Shown piece by piece: positions 37,081 through 48,072 of a stretch of DNA of 64,000 nucleotides. Each line of letters opens with the position of its first letter. Positions within the stretch are counted from its first letter, which is position 1. Origin of the DNA: a bacterium (lineage in GTDB: Bacteria > Patescibacteriota > Minisyncoccia > Minisyncoccales > CG1-02-41-26); the NCBI GenBank assembly GCA_030616605.1, contig JAUWWY010000001.1, forward strand, positions 4,251 to 68,250. Reading direction: 5' to 3'. Both the position numbers and the translations under genes were made by a program. The notes under the pieces were generated by a model, which had not been told where the DNA came from, searched no databases, and saw only the letters and a program-made list of their open reading frames with translations.

Positions 37081-37302
37081 TTAATCTCTTTTTGACAGGG
37101 TTTTGATGCATTTAGTACAGGCCAAAATTCTTTGGCCAGCAAATGATTTGTATTTTTTGTGTTTAACATCCAAGGGTACTTTAAGCCATTGAAGGTTTGG
37201 ATGTCTTCTTCTTTTTTGGGTTGGGTTATATCTGGAAATTAATTTTTTATAGCGGCCGGCCATTAACGAGCCCTTTCCGCAGATTTTACATATCTTAGCC
37301 AT
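37081..37302 (-). CDS. rpmB: 50S ribosomal protein L28
   Basis: MAKICKICGK...PNLQ...CTKCIK. Confidence 0.88.
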   Translation of the reverse strand: MAKICKICGKGSLMAGRYKKLISRYNPTQKRRRHPNLQWLKVPLDVKHKKYKSFAGQRILACTKCIKTLSKRD

Positions 37303-37351
37303 ATGCTATATATTATATGCTATAATATATCATACTTAAACAAAAATTCAA

Positions 37352-37993
37352 ATGGATATAATATTTTTTATCATCGTTATTATAATTTTCCTTTTTTCGG
37401 TTATTATCCACGAGATTTCTCATGGCTTAATGGCAAATTATTTAGGAGATTCAACCGCTAAAATTGCCGGTCGCTTGAGTTTAAATCCAATTAAACATTT
37501 AGATCCAGTAGGCTCGATTCTTTTACCTGTTCTTTTGATTTTGTTTCAGAGTAATATAATTTTTGGCTGGGCAAAACCAGTACCGATTAACCCTTTTAAT
37601 TTAAGAGATAGAAAATATGGCGATGCCAAAGTGGCAATGGCTGGTCCTCTGGCTAATATTAGTATTGCTGTTTTTTTCGGCTTTTTAATTAGATTTTTAC
37701 CCTTACAAACTTCAATTTTTGCCGTTAATTTGGGTTTTATTTTCGGCTATATCTGCTGGATAAATTTGCTTTTAGCTATATTTAATTTAATACCTATTCC
37801 TCCTTTAGACGGTTCTCATATTCTTTTTACTTTTATACCCAATAAATTAAACGAGTTAAAAACATTTCTTTCCCAATACGGATTTTTTATTTTAATCTTC
37901 TTTATTTTCTTTTTCTTTCCAATTCTAATACCGATTATCAATTTCTTTTTTACTATAATCGTTGGCCAATCCTTTTTAACGCTGTTAATGTGA
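37352..37993 (+). CDS. Site-2 protease (M50)
   Basis: HEISH, NLIPIPPLDG. Confidence 0.93.
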   Translation: MDIIFFIIVIIIFLFSVIIHEISHGLMANYLGDSTAKIAGRLSLNPIKHLDPVGSILLPVLLILFQSNIIFGWAKPVPINPFNLRDRKYGDAKVAMAGPLANISIAVFFGFLIRFLPLQTSIFAVNLGFIFGYICWINLLLAIFNLIPIPPLDGSHILFTFIPNKLNELKTFLSQYGFFILIFFIFFFFPILIPIINFFFTIIVGQSFLTLLM

Positions 37994-38071
37994 GTTTCTC
38001 AATGAGTTTATTGACATCAGATTTCTTTTTTGCTAAATTAAGTTGTAAGCGCAGAGCGCTTATTTAATTTT

Positions 38072-38566
38072 ATGTGTCCTACAATACATCAACTTACAAA
38101 AAAGCCAAGAAAAAAAATAAAAAAGAAGGCTAAAATGAAAGCCTTGACTTTTGGCTTCAACACTTTGAAAAATAAACCCTCTCATTATCCATCTTCTTTC
38201 AAGAGGGGGATTTGTCTTAGGGTTTTTACCATTACCCCAAAGAAACCGAACTCGGCTTTACGAAAAGTAGCCAGAGTAAAATTAAGTAACGGCAGAGAGG
38301 TTACAGCCTATATTCCCGGTGAAGGTCATAATTTACAGGAACACTTGTTAGTTTTGGTTAAAGGGGGAAGAGTAAAAGATTTACCAGGAGTGAGATACCA
38401 CATAGTAAGGGGTGCTTTGGATACAGGTGGGGTTGAGGGAAGAAAACAGAGCAGGTCGAAATATGGAACAAAAAGAGAGACAACAAAAGGCGCGGTTCCT
38501 AAAAAGGAGCCAGAAGTAAAGCCTGAGCCAGAAGCCAAACCTGAGCCAGAAGTAAAGGAAGAATAA
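38072..38566 (+). CDS. rpsL: 30S ribosomal protein S12 with C-terminal repeat extension
   Basis: [23 protein letters not shown]. Confidence 0.97.
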   Translation: MCPTIHQLTKKPRKKIKKKAKMKALTFGFNTLKNKPSHYPSSFKRGICLRVFTITPKKPNSALRKVARVKLSNGREVTAYIPGEGHNLQEHLLVLVKGGRVKDLPGVRYHIVRGALDTGGVEGRKQSRSKYGTKRETTKGAVPKKEPEVKPEPEAKPEPEVKEE

Positions 38567-39030
38567 TGGCTAAAAAATATAAACAACATGAAATAGAACC
38601 GGACCCAATTTATAATAATATTTTGGTTTCCAAGTTCGTCAATAATGTGATGAAGCAAGGAAAAAAAACAAAAGCTAGAACCATTGTTTATGGAGCTTTT
38701 GAGATAGTTAAAGCACAAACAAAAAAAGAACCTCTGGAGGTTTTTGAAAAAGCTTTGCAAAATGCTGCCCCAACAGTTGAGGTTCGTTCTCGCAGGGTTG
38801 GAGGAGCAACTTATCAGGTTCCCCAAAAAGTTAAAGAAAAACGGAGTACCAGTCTGGCTATGAGATGGATAATTGATATTGCCAGAAACAAAAAGGGAAA
38901 AGCAATGAAAGAGAAGTTAGCTCAAGAGTTGATTTTAGCTTCAAAGAACGAAGGAGATGCAATAAAAAAGAAAACCAACATTCACCGAATGGCCGAAGCT
39001 AACAGAGCATTTGCGTATCTGGCTCGCTAA
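38566..39030 (+). CDS. rpsG: 30S ribosomal protein S7
   Basis: [20 protein letters not shown]. Confidence 0.97.
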   Translation: MAKKYKQHEIEPDPIYNNILVSKFVNNVMKQGKKTKARTIVYGAFEIVKAQTKKEPLEVFEKALQNAAPTVEVRSRRVGGATYQVPQKVKEKRSTSLAMRWIIDIARNKKGKAMKEKLAQELILASKNEGDAIKKKTNIHRMAEANRAFAYLAR

Positions 39031-39034
39031 ATTT

Positions 39035-41140
39035 ATGCCCAGAAAATATCCACTTGAAAAAACCCGTGATATAGGAATTATTGCCCATATTGATGCCGGT
39101 AAAACCACAGTGACCGAGCGAATTTTATTTTACACCGGAATCAGCCATAAAATGGGTGAAGTTCATACTGGCGAGGCAATTATGGACTGGATGGCTCAAG
39201 AAAAAGAAAGAGGAATTACTATAACTTCTGCGGCTACAAGTTTGTATTGGATGCCAAGAGGATTAGCACAGGAAAAAGATAATGAATATCAAATAAACAT
39301 TATTGACACACCTGGCCACATTGATTTTACGGCCGAAGTTCAAAGATCTTTAAGGGTTTTAGACGGAGCAGTAGTTATTTTTGATGGAGTGGCTGGGGTT
39401 GAACCCCAATCAGAAACAGTCTGGCGACAAGCAGATATGTATAAAGTTCCAAGAATCTGTTTTATCAATAAGATGGATAGAATAGGAGCAAGTTTTGAAG
39501 CGAGTTTAGAAAGTATTCAGCAAAAACTTACCAAAAATGCAGTTCCAGTTCAAATTCCCATTGGAGTTGAGGATGGTTTTGAGGGGACAATTGATTTAAT
39601 AACCCAAAAAGCATTGTATTTTGAAGGTGATTTTGGTCAAGACGTAGTTGAAAAAGAAATTCCCGAAAATTATAAAGAGAAAGCTCAAGAATATCGAGAA
39701 AAAATGATGGAAAAGATTGCTGCCGAAGACAGTAAACTATTGGAAGATTATTTAAATAAAAAAGATATTTCTTCAGAGCAAATAAGAGAAGTTCTAAGAA
39801 AGGCAACCTTGGAATATAAGTTAATACCGGTTTTTTGCGGTTCGGCTTTAAAAAACAAAAGCATTCAACCCTTGTTAGATGCTGTTTGCTACTATTTACC
39901 AAGCCCCCAAGATTTACCTCCGGTTAAAGGAATTGATGTCAAAACCGGTCAAGAAACTTCAAGAAAACCTGATGATTCAGAGCCATTTTCTGCTCTGGTT
40001 TTTAAAATTGCCACTGACCCCTATGTTGGAAGTTTAAATTATTTTAGAGTTTATTCCGGGCATTTGAAAAAAGGTTCTTTTGTTTTCAATTCAACAACCC
40101 AGGAGAAACAGAGAATTGGAAGAATCTTAAGAATGCATTCCAATTCCAGGACTGAGATAGATGAGGTTTTTACTGGAGATATTGTGGCTACAGTAGGTCT
40201 GAAAGGAGTTAGTACCGGCCACACTTTTTCTGACCTTGCCAAACCGATTGTTCTGGAAAAAGTTATTTTTCCAGAACCGGTTATTTCTATTCGAATTAAC
40301 CCGGAAACCAAAGCTGACCAGGAAAAAATGGCTATGGCTTTGAGAAAATTAGCCGAGGAAGACCCCACCTTCCAGGTCAGAGAGGATTTAGAAACAGGAG
40401 AAACAATTATGTCTGGAATGGGAGAACTTCATCTTGATATTTTAGAGGACCGGATGAAAAGAGAGTTTAAAGTTAATGCAGCAACCGGCAAACCTCAGGT
40501 AGCTTACAAAGAAACAATTTCTGATGAAATTGAAGCTGAAGGAAAATATATTCGCCAATCAGGAGGTCGGGGCCAGTACGGTCATGTTTTCTTGAGAATA
40601 AAACCCAAAAAGAGAGGAGAGGGATTTGAATTTCATAATAAAATAAAAGGAGGCATTATTCCCCAAGAATTTATTCCGGCAGTCAGAAAAGGAGTGGAAG
40701 AAGCGATGACTAAGGGAGTGCTGGCTGGTTATCCAATGGTTGATATGGATGTTACTCTCTATCATGGTTCTTTTCACGAAGTAGATTCTTCAGATATTGC
40801 TTTTAAAATTGCAGCAATTCAGGCTTTACAAGAAGGCTCCAAAAAAGCGGGATTGCTTTTACTTGAGCCGATAATGAAAATTGAAGTGATAATTCCCGAG
40901 GAGTTTTTCGGAGATATTACTGGTGATTTAAATAGGAGAAGGGGAGTTATTAAAGAAACAAAGGACCGGGGAGAACTTAAGGTAATAGATGGTCAGGTGG
41001 CTTTAAGTGAGATGTTTGGCTATGCAGTAAGTCTTCGCTCATTGACTCAGGGACGAGGAACGTTTACAATGGAATTTGACCACTATGATAAAATACCAGA
41101 TAATATAACTCAAGAGATAATTGAAGGAAAAAGAAGATAA
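39035..41140 (+). CDS. fusA: Elongation factor G
   Basis: [24 protein letters not shown] 39035. Confidence 0.98.
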   Translation: MPRKYPLEKTRDIGIIAHIDAGKTTVTERILFYTGISHKMGEVHTGEAIMDWMAQEKERGITITSAATSLYWMPRGLAQEKDNEYQINIIDTPGHIDFTAEVQRSLRVLDGAVVIFDGVAGVEPQSETVWRQADMYKVPRICFINKMDRIGASFEASLESIQQKLTKNAVPVQIPIGVEDGFEGTIDLITQKALYFEGDFGQDVVEKEIPENYKEKAQEYREKMMEKIAAEDSKLLEDYLNKKDISSEQIREVLRKATLEYKLIPVFCGSALKNKSIQPLLDAVCYYLPSPQDLPPVKGIDVKTGQETSRKPDDSEPFSALVFKIATDPYVGSLNYFRVYSGHLKKGSFVFNSTTQEKQRIGRILRMHSNSRTEIDEVFTGDIVATVGLKGVSTGHTFSDLAKPIVLEKVIFPEPVISIRINPETKADQEKMAMALRKLAEEDPTFQVREDLETGETIMSGMGELHLDILEDRMKREFKVNAATGKPQVAYKETISDEIEAEGKYIRQSGGRGQYGHVFLRIKPKKRGEGFEFHNKIKGGIIPQEFIPAVRKGVEEAMTKGVLAGYPMVDMDVTLYHGSFHEVDSSDIAFKIAAIQALQEGSKKAGLLLLEPIMKIEVIIPEEFFGDITGDLNRRRGVIKETKDRGELKVIDGQVALSEMFGYAVSLRSLTQGRGTFTMEFDHYDKIPDNITQEIIEGKRR

Positions 41141-41144
41141 TAAC

Positions 41145-41396
41145 ATGGACTTAAATGAAATTAAACAATTTATAAGTTCCAATAAAGAAAGAATTATTGT
41201 TGTAGAAAACGGCAAACCAGTGGTAGTTTTACTCTCTTTTGAAGATTATAAAGAACTTTCTGAAAATTCAGAAAGCTTTGGAGACAATCCTGGAGAAGAA
41301 AAGCCCTCCTTCGCCAAGGCTCCGGAGGGCAAGGAAGAGATTAGAAAAGAAGAAAAACCAAAAGAAGAGTTAAGGATAGAAGATTTGCCATTTTAA
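41145..41396 (+). CDS. Small protein with Phd/YefM-like N-terminus and acidic EDLPF tail
   Basis: IIVVENGKPVVVLLSFEDY; ATG 41145. Confidence 0.6.
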   Translation: MDLNEIKQFISSNKERIIVVENGKPVVVLLSFEDYKELSENSESFGDNPGEEKPSFAKAPEGKEEIRKEEKPKEELRIEDLPF

Positions 41397-41519
41397 AGGT
41401 TGACATTTGATTTTAATTTTATTAATATATTAGTATAACTATCAACGAATATCTTTTCTCTTACGAATTTAGGAACTCGTAAAGGATTTGTTATTCCTTG
41501 ATTAATTAATTTAATTAGT

Positions 41520-42713
41520 ATGGTTGAAAAATTTGAGAGAACAAAGCCTCACTTAAATATCGGTACCATTGGTCATGTTGACCACGGTAAAACCACTTTA
41601 ACGGCCAGTATTTTGAAATACTCAAAATTAAAGGGTTTAAAAGCTTCTGAGAAAACAGTTGAAGAAATTGATTCTGCTCCAGAGGAAAAAACCCGGGGTT
41701 TGACAATTAATATTTGCCACACCGAGTTTGAGACAGAAAAACGCCATTATGCTTTAATTGACTGTCCGGGTCACGCTGACTACATTAAGAATATGATTAC
41801 CGGAGCTGCCCAGATGGATGGAGCTATTTTAGTGGTTTCGGCAGCTGACGGCCCAATGCCCCAAACTCGAGAGCACATCCTTTTGGCAAGACAGGTGGGT
41901 TTACCGTCATTAATTGTCTTTTTAAATAAAGTTGACCAGGTGGATGACCCGGAAATGATTGACCTTGTTGAATCGGAATTAAGAGAGCTTTTGAAAAAAT
42001 ATGAATTTCCTGGAGATAAAATTCCTATTGTAAGAGGTTCTGCCTTAAAAGCTCTTGAAGCCGGCTCTCCTGATGATGAATCAATTAAGCCAATTGGAGA
42101 ATTGCTTAGTAAAATTGACGAGTATATTTTAGAGCCCAAACGAGCTTTAGACCAGCCATTTTTAATGGCAATAGAAGATGTTTTCTCAATTGCTGGAAGG
42201 GGAACAGTGGCTACTGGAAGAATTGAAAGGGGAATTGTTAAGCCTGGTGAGGAAGTAGAAATAGTTGGTTTGCGACCAACTCAAAAGACAGTGGCAGTTA
42301 GTGTTGAGATGTTTAATAAAATGTTAGATGAAGGAAGGGCTGGTGATAATGTTGGAATTTTACTTCGAGGATTAAAGAAAGAAGATGTTGAGAGAGGTCA
42401 AGTTATTTCCAAGCCAAAATCAGTTACTCCTCACACAGAATTTGAAGCCGAAGTTTATATTTTATCTAAAGAAGAAGGAGGCCGTCACACTCCTTTTTTT
42501 AGTGGTTACAAACCTCAATTTTACATTCGAACTTGTGATGTGACCGGAGGAGTAACATTATCAAAAGGAATTGAGATGGTTATGCCGGGTGATACAGTAA
42601 ATGTTAAAATTGAATTGATTGCTCCAATAGCCTTAGAAGAAAAGCAAAGATTTGCTATTAGAGAAGGAGGAAAAACAGTTGGAGCAGGTGTAGTGACTAA
42701 AATAATTAAATAG
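41520..42713 (+). CDS. tuf: Elongation factor Tu
   Basis: [21 protein letters not shown]. Confidence 0.99.
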   Translation: MVEKFERTKPHLNIGTIGHVDHGKTTLTASILKYSKLKGLKASEKTVEEIDSAPEEKTRGLTINICHTEFETEKRHYALIDCPGHADYIKNMITGAAQMDGAILVVSAADGPMPQTREHILLARQVGLPSLIVFLNKVDQVDDPEMIDLVESELRELLKKYEFPGDKIPIVRGSALKALEAGSPDDESIKPIGELLSKIDEYILEPKRALDQPFLMAIEDVFSIAGRGTVATGRIERGIVKPGEEVEIVGLRPTQKTVAVSVEMFNKMLDEGRAGDNVGILLRGLKKEDVERGQVISKPKSVTPHTEFEAEVYILSKEEGGRHTPFFSGYKPQFYIRTCDVTGGVTLSKGIEMVMPGDTVNVKIELIAPIALEEKQRFAIREGGKTVGAGVVTKIIK

Positions 42714-42716
42714 AGA

Positions 42717-43073
42717 ATGCCAACCAAAGCGAAAAAGAAAACAGAGAAAAAAAAAGAAGAAAAAGTTAAACCTCAATTGAGGATTAAGCTCCGTTCTTAC
42801 GATAGTAAGGTTATGGATAAAAGCTGCCAGCAGATTGTTGAGATTGCCGAGAGGGCCGATATTAAAATTATAGGACCAGTTCCCTTGCCAACAGAAATTC
42901 ATCGCTATACGGTTAATCGTTCAACTTTTGTCCATGAGGATTCAAAAGAGCAGTTTGAAATAAGAGTTCACAAGAGATTGATTGATGTTTTAGATCCTAA
43001 CCAGAGATTTATAGATTCTCTAAGAGAATTAACTTTGCCAACCGGAATAGAAATTGAAATTAAGGCAATTTAA
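42717..43073 (+). CDS. rpsJ: 30S ribosomal protein S10
   Basis: GPVPLPT, EQFEIRVHKRLID. Confidence 0.96.
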   Translation: MPTKAKKKTEKKKEEKVKPQLRIKLRSYDSKVMDKSCQQIVEIAERADIKIIGPVPLPTEIHRYTVNRSTFVHEDSKEQFEIRVHKRLIDVLDPNQRFIDSLRELTLPTGIEIEIKAI

Positions 43074-43200
43074 ATAATTAAGAAAAAGGAAAAGATGGAA
43101 GAAGATTCTATAATTTAATACATTTTTTACAAGGACAAGCCTTCTTTTTAAATGCCGGGCTTAGCCCGGCATTTAGTTAATTTTTAAACCAGTTAAAACC

Positions 43201-43794
43201 ATGAAATTTATTCTTGGTAAAAAAATAGAAGCATCCCAGATTTTCAAGGATAGAAAAGTTATTCCTGTTACTTTGATTACTGCTGGACCTTGTTTTATTA
43301 CTCAAATAAAAATTGAAAAGAAAGATGGTTATGGGGCAGTCCAGATTGGGTTTGAGAAATTAAAGGAGAAGAAAGTAAAAAAACCAGAAAAAATAAAACC
43401 TTTCCGTTACTTAAGAGAATTTAAGAATCAAGTTAAGGATTACAAAGTGGGGGACAAGATTGATGTTTCAGTTTTTAAAGAGGGCGATAAGGTGAAAATT
43501 TCCGGAATTTCAAAAGGAAAAGGGTTTCAAGGGGGAGTTAAAAGATGGGGATTTAAAGGAAAAAATGCAACCCACGGAGTAAAACATGACCACCGGAAAT
43601 TAGGTTCAGTTGGTATTGCCGGCGTGGGAAAGGTATTTAAAGGGAAAAAGATGCCTGGTAGAATGGGGTCTCAAAGAATAACAGTTAAAAATTTAGAAGT
43701 AGTAAAAACTGACCCGGAAAATAACTTGATAGCTATTAAGGGAGCTGTACCGGGAAGAAGAGGAACACTGTTGGAAATTAAAAAAGAGAAGTGA
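43201..43794 (+). CDS. rplC: 50S ribosomal protein L3
   Basis: SKGKGFQG, KKMPGRMG. Confidence 0.96.
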   Translation: MKFILGKKIEASQIFKDRKVIPVTLITAGPCFITQIKIEKKDGYGAVQIGFEKLKEKKVKKPEKIKPFRYLREFKNQVKDYKVGDKIDVSVFKEGDKVKISGISKGKGFQGGVKRWGFKGKNATHGVKHDHRKLGSVGIAGVGKVFKGKKMPGRMGSQRITVKNLEVVKTDPENNLIAIKGAVPGRRGTLLEIKKEK

Positions 43795-43799
43795 AAATC

Positions 43800-44438
43800 A
43801 TGTTAATTGACACTTATAATCAAGAGGGTAAAAAAACAGGACAGACAAGATTAGTAAAAGAAATTTTTGGAGTTAAGATGAACCATGATTTAGTTCATCA
43901 GGTTATGGTTAGTCAGATGGCAAATCAAAGGCAGAGAATTGCTCATACAAAAATGAGGGGTGAAGTTCGAGGTGGAGGAAAAAAACCCTGGGTTCAGAAG
44001 GGAACAGGAAGAGCAAGGGCAGGAAGTATTCGTTCACCCATCTGGAAAGGCGGGGGAGTGACATTTGGTCCAAGAAAGGAGAAAAAATTTAAAAAAAGAA
44101 TACCCAAAAAAATGAAAAGAAAGGCTTTATTTATGGTTCTTTCCGAAAAAGCAAAAAATAACCTTTTTGTTTTGTTAAAAGAATTAGAAATTAAACAAGG
44201 AAAAACAAAAGAAATGGTAGATATTCTTTCTAAGCTTTCTAAAAAAGAAGAAAGGCTGAAAAGTGTTTTAATTGTTCTACCAAAACATGATAGAAAAATA
44301 ATATTAGCTGCAAGGAATATTCCAAAAGTTGAGACAATCCAAGCCAAAGATATTGATGTTTTAGGTTTATTATCATTTAAGTACTTATTAATACCAAAAG
44401 AATCATTAAAAGTGATAAAAGAAACCTTTTTAAGATAA
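43800..44438 (+). CDS. rplD: 50S ribosomal protein L4
   Basis: KPWVQKGTGRARAGS. Confidence 0.96.
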   Translation: MLIDTYNQEGKKTGQTRLVKEIFGVKMNHDLVHQVMVSQMANQRQRIAHTKMRGEVRGGGKKPWVQKGTGRARAGSIRSPIWKGGGVTFGPRKEKKFKKRIPKKMKRKALFMVLSEKAKNNLFVLLKELEIKQGKTKEMVDILSKLSKKEERLKSVLIVLPKHDRKIILAARNIPKVETIQAKDIDVLGLLSFKYLLIPKESLKVIKETFLR

Positions 44439-44441
44439 CCT

Positions 44442-44912
44442 ATGCCAATATTAGATTTTTTCAAAAAAAAGAAGAAGCCAGTCAAAGAGCCGCTGGTTAA
44501 GAAAGAAAAACCCTTTGTTGATAAAGCTTTAGAGGGTAAGAAAGAGATAAAGAAAGAAGAAGAAAAAAAAGAAGAGAAAAAACCTTTAGATTTAGAAGTT
44601 GAAAAGAAAAAAACAAGACGAAAAAGGGTTCTTGTAGCTCCCAATGTTTTAAAATCGCCTCATATTGCCGAAAAATCGACCAAATTGGCGGAAATAAATC
44701 AATATGTGTTTAAAATTTATCCAAAAGCTAACAAAATAGAGATAAAGAAAGCGGTTGAAGAAATTTATGGAGTAGATGTTTTAAAAGTAAGGATAATTAA
44801 AGTGCCAAGAAAAAGAAGGAGATTGGGGCGGACAACTGGATGGAGAAAAGGATACAAAAAAGCAATTGTCAGAATAAAGGAGGATCAAAAAATAGATATA
44901 ATGCCAAGATAA
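44442..44912 (+). CDS. rplW: 50S ribosomal protein L23 with long K/E-rich N-terminal extension
   Basis: PHIAEKS, ANKIEIKKAVE, YKKAIV. Confidence 0.92.
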   Translation: MPILDFFKKKKKPVKEPLVKKEKPFVDKALEGKKEIKKEEEKKEEKKPLDLEVEKKKTRRKRVLVAPNVLKSPHIAEKSTKLAEINQYVFKIYPKANKIEIKKAVEEIYGVDVLKVRIIKVPRKRRRLGRTTGWRKGYKKAIVRIKEDQKIDIMPR

Positions 44913-44916
44913 AATC

Positions 44917-45696
44917 ATGGAAAAAATATTAAGTAAAAAGAAACCGGAAAAAAGCTTGCTAAGGCCGTTGAAGAAGACAGGTGGTAGAGGAAACACTGGA
45001 AGGATTACTGTACGTCATAAAGGAGGAGGGGCAAAGCGACTTTATCGAATAATAGGGTTTAGAGGGAATCTTCCTCTTCGTGCTAAAGTTGAGAGCATAG
45101 AATATGACCCAAATAGAACTTGCTATATTGCTTTGGTTACTTCTGAAGATGGAAAAAAATCTTATATTTTAGCTCCCCAGGAATTAAAGGTTAGTGATGA
45201 AGTAGTTTTTGACAATAAAGCCCCGCTCTCTCCGGGTAATAGAATGCAGTTGAAAAATATTCTAATAGGAACCTTTGTTTATGATATTGAAATTGAACCT
45301 CATAAAGGAGGCAAAATTGCCAGAGCGGCCGGGAGTTCTTGTCAAGTTTTAGCTCAAGAAGGAAAATACACTGATTTAAAAATGCCTTCAACTGAAATAA
45401 AAAAAGTTTTAAACCGATGTTTTGCCTCTATTGGCAGACTCTCTAATCCTCAGCATCGGTTTCAGAAACTTGGAAAAGCCGGCAGAGCTCGTTGGAAAGG
45501 AATAAGACCAACTGTCAGAGGTTCGGCAATGGTACCTGCAGCTCATCCCCATGGCGGAGGTGAAGGTAAAGCACCGATTGGTATGAAATACCCAAAAACT
45601 CCTTGGGGAAAACCAGCTCTGGGAGTTAAAACAAGAAAGAAGAAGAAGTGGACAAATAAACTAATAGTTAAAAGACGTAAAAAGAAAAAGAAATAA
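44917..45696 (+). CDS. rplB: 50S ribosomal protein L2 (short N-terminus)
   Basis: [15 protein letters not shown]. Confidence 0.96.
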   Translation: MEKILSKKKPEKSLLRPLKKTGGRGNTGRITVRHKGGGAKRLYRIIGFRGNLPLRAKVESIEYDPNRTCYIALVTSEDGKKSYILAPQELKVSDEVVFDNKAPLSPGNRMQLKNILIGTFVYDIEIEPHKGGKIARAAGSSCQVLAQEGKYTDLKMPSTEIKKVLNRCFASIGRLSNPQHRFQKLGKAGRARWKGIRPTVRGSAMVPAAHPHGGGEGKAPIGMKYPKTPWGKPALGVKTRKKKKWTNKLIVKRRKKKKK

Positions 45697-45700
45697 AAAC

Positions 45701-46009
45701 ATGTCAAGAAGTTTAAAAAAAGGTCCATATATAGACGAAAAATTAATAAAGAAAATCTCCAAATTTAAAAAAGGGGAAAAGACAGTGATTAAAACCTGGT
45801 CCAGAAATTCAACCATTAGTCCGGAAATGATTGGGTTTACTTTTGGCGTCCATAATGGAAAAGAGCATATCCCGGTTTATATAACTGAGGAGATGGTCGG
45901 GCATAAATTAGGTGAGTTTTCTCCAACCACTAAATTTGTCAGACATGGCGGTAAGATACAAAAAGGATTGGAAGTAAAAGTAAGAAAAATAGAAACAGAG
46001 AAAAAATAG
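45701..46009 (+). CDS. rpsS: 30S ribosomal protein S19
   Basis: [16 protein letters not shown]. Confidence 0.97.
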   Translation: MSRSLKKGPYIDEKLIKKISKFKKGEKTVIKTWSRNSTISPEMIGFTFGVHNGKEHIPVYITEEMVGHKLGEFSPTTKFVRHGGKIQKGLEVKVRKIETEKK

Positions 46010-46016
46010 TTAATTT

Positions 46017-46523
46017 ATGGAAGTTATAGCTAAACTAAAATATTTAAGGATTGCTCCCAGAAAAGTGCGACTTGTGGCTGACTTAATTCGCGGAAAAAAA
46101 ATAAAGGAAGCCCAAATGCTTTTAGATTTTAGCCAAAAAAAAGCAACAAGACCATTAAGAAAACTTTTGGATTCAGCAGTAGCCAATGCCAAAAATAATC
46201 TCAAATTGGAAGAAAAAGACCTTTACATTTTAAAAATTGCTGTTGATGAAGGACCAAAACTTAAAAGATGGAGACCGAGAGCAAGAGGTAGAGCAACTGA
46301 AATCCAAAAGAAATCTTCCCACATTACTTTGGTTCTTAAAGGCAAGAAAAAGAAAATGGTTAAAGAAAAAGTTCCTAAAGCTAAACCAGAAGAAAAATCA
46401 GAAAGACCTGAAAAGAAATTAAGAACCAAAACAAAAATTCCGAGATTAAAAAAAGAAAAGAGAATCAAGCTAAAACTAAAAAAGAAAGATTTAAAAGGTA
46501 TTTTTAAAAAGCAGGCCCGCTAA
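46017..46523 (+). CDS. rplV: 50S ribosomal protein L22 with basic C-terminal extension
   Basis: APRKVRLVAD, RPRARGRA. Confidence 0.95.
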   Translation: MEVIAKLKYLRIAPRKVRLVADLIRGKKIKEAQMLLDFSQKKATRPLRKLLDSAVANAKNNLKLEEKDLYILKIAVDEGPKLKRWRPRARGRATEIQKKSSHITLVLKGKKKKMVKEKVPKAKPEEKSERPEKKLRTKTKIPRLKKEKRIKLKLKKKDLKGIFKKQAR

Positions 46524-46534
46524 TAATTTCAAAT

Positions 46535-47188
46535 ATGTCTCACAAAGTTCACCCTAAAATTTTTAAAATAACTGAAACAAAGGACTGGTTGTCCCGAGGT
46601 TTTTACAAAAAGAATCATTCTCAATATTTAGAAGAAGATTTTAAAATTAGAAAATTTTTAAACAAAGAATTAGAGCGGGCGAGTATTGAAAATATTGAGA
46701 TTGAAAGAAGAGGAAGTTCATTAAAAATAATTATTAAAACCGGAAGACCGGCTTTAATAATTGGTAGAGGAGGAGAAAGGGTTGAGAAATTAAAAAAGAG
46801 TATAGATAAAATTTTTAGTAATGGGAAAAAAGAAGTATCAAAAGAAGATGTAAAAATAGAGATAGTTTCTATTAAAAATACCTGGAGTTCAGCGACCTTA
46901 GCCAGTCAATGGATAGCTTTTCAGCTTGAAAAAAGAGTGCCTTTTCGGCGAACTTTAAAAATGGCTTTAAGTAAAATTATGACTTCAAAAGAAATTAAGG
47001 GAGCGAGAGTTCAGGCTTCTGGAAGATTAAATGGAGTTGCTTTTGCCAGAACTGAATGGTTGCAGGAAGGACAATTGCCGAGACAAAAATTAAGGGCTAT
47101 AATTGACTACGGTTTCAGCCAGGCTTATTGTAGTTACGGAGTAATAGGAGTAAAAGTCTGGATATATAAAGGAGAAAAATCTGAATAA
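46535..47188 (+). CDS. rpsC: 30S ribosomal protein S3
   Basis: SGRLNG, YGVIGVKVWI. Confidence 0.95.
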   Translation: MSHKVHPKIFKITETKDWLSRGFYKKNHSQYLEEDFKIRKFLNKELERASIENIEIERRGSSLKIIIKTGRPALIIGRGGERVEKLKKSIDKIFSNGKKEVSKEDVKIEIVSIKNTWSSATLASQWIAFQLEKRVPFRRTLKMALSKIMTSKEIKGARVQASGRLNGVAFARTEWLQEGQLPRQKLRAIIDYGFSQAYCSYGVIGVKVWIYKGEKSE

Positions 47189-47191
47189 ATT

Positions 47192-47602
47192 ATGTATTTA
47201 CAACCTAAAAAAATGAAACACCGAAAGTGGCATAAGGGACGTTCCAAGGGAATTGAGACCAGAGGAACTGAAATTTGTTTTGGCAAATTTGGCTTAAAAT
47301 CCATGGGAAGCAAATGGATTAAAGCTTCTCAAATTGAGGCTTCCAGAAGAGCCATTATCAGAACTTTAAAGAAAAAAGGACAACTTTGGATTAGGATTTT
47401 TCCCTACAAACCCATGACTTTTAAAGGAACAGAAGTTTCAATGGGTGGCGGAAAGGGAAGTGTTGATCATTATGTTTTTCCTGTTAAACCTGGCCGAATT
47501 ATTTTTGAATTAGATGGCGTAAGAGAAGATTTAGCCAAAGAGGCATTTCGTAAGGCAAGCGACAAACTACCGGTTAAGACAAAATTTATAAAAAGAGTAT
47601 AA
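47192..47602 (+). CDS. rplP: 50S ribosomal protein L16
   Basis: WIRIFP, MGGGKG. Confidence 0.96.
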   Translation: MYLQPKKMKHRKWHKGRSKGIETRGTEICFGKFGLKSMGSKWIKASQIEASRRAIIRTLKKKGQLWIRIFPYKPMTFKGTEVSMGGGKGSVDHYVFPVKPGRIIFELDGVREDLAKEAFRKASDKLPVKTKFIKRV

Positions 47603-47606
47603 TCTC

Positions 47607-47801
47607 ATGAAGAAAAAAGATAAAATTAGAGATTTTGGAAAGATGAATAAAAAAGAACTTCTTAGGATTTTAAATGATTATCGAGAAAAATTACGTCAGC
47701 TTAGATTTGACCTTGTTGCCGGCAAGGTCAAGAATGTAAGAGAAATTATAGAAATAAAAAAAGATATTGCCAGAGTTCTTACTTTATTAAAAGAAAGATA
47801 A
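47607..47801 (+). CDS. rpmC: 50S ribosomal protein L29
   Basis: KKDIARVLT; operon position. Confidence 0.9.
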   Translation: MKKKDKIRDFGKMNKKELLRILNDYREKLRQLRFDLVAGKVKNVREIIEIKKDIARVLTLLKER

Positions 47802-47810
47802 TTTAAAATT

Positions 47811-48044
47811 ATGCCTAAAAGAAAATTAATCGGAACAATAGTATCAGATAAAAGTCAAAAAACAGTAGTGGTAAAAGTTGAAAGAATTAAGGAACATCCT
47901 AAGTATAAAAAGAGATACAAGGTCTTTAAGAAATACAAAGCTCATAATGAAAAAGGAGACTATAAAGTAGGTGACAAGGTTGTGATTGAGGAGTGCCGGC
48001 CGATAAGTAAGGATAAAAAGTGGCGGCTAATAAAAAAAGTGTAA
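47811..48044 (+). CDS. rpsQ: 30S ribosomal protein S17
   Basis: ECRPISKDK. Confidence 0.95.
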   Translation: MPKRKLIGTIVSDKSQKTVVVKVERIKEHPKYKKRYKVFKKYKAHNEKGDYKVGDKVVIEECRPISKDKKWRLIKKV

Positions 48045-48072
48045 AGCGTAAAGTGCAAAGTGTAAAACTTTT

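Noticed and set aside
48037..48066. 7-bp tandem repeat AAAGyGy x4 between rpsQ and rplN
   Set aside because: Short degenerate microsatellite without supporting context
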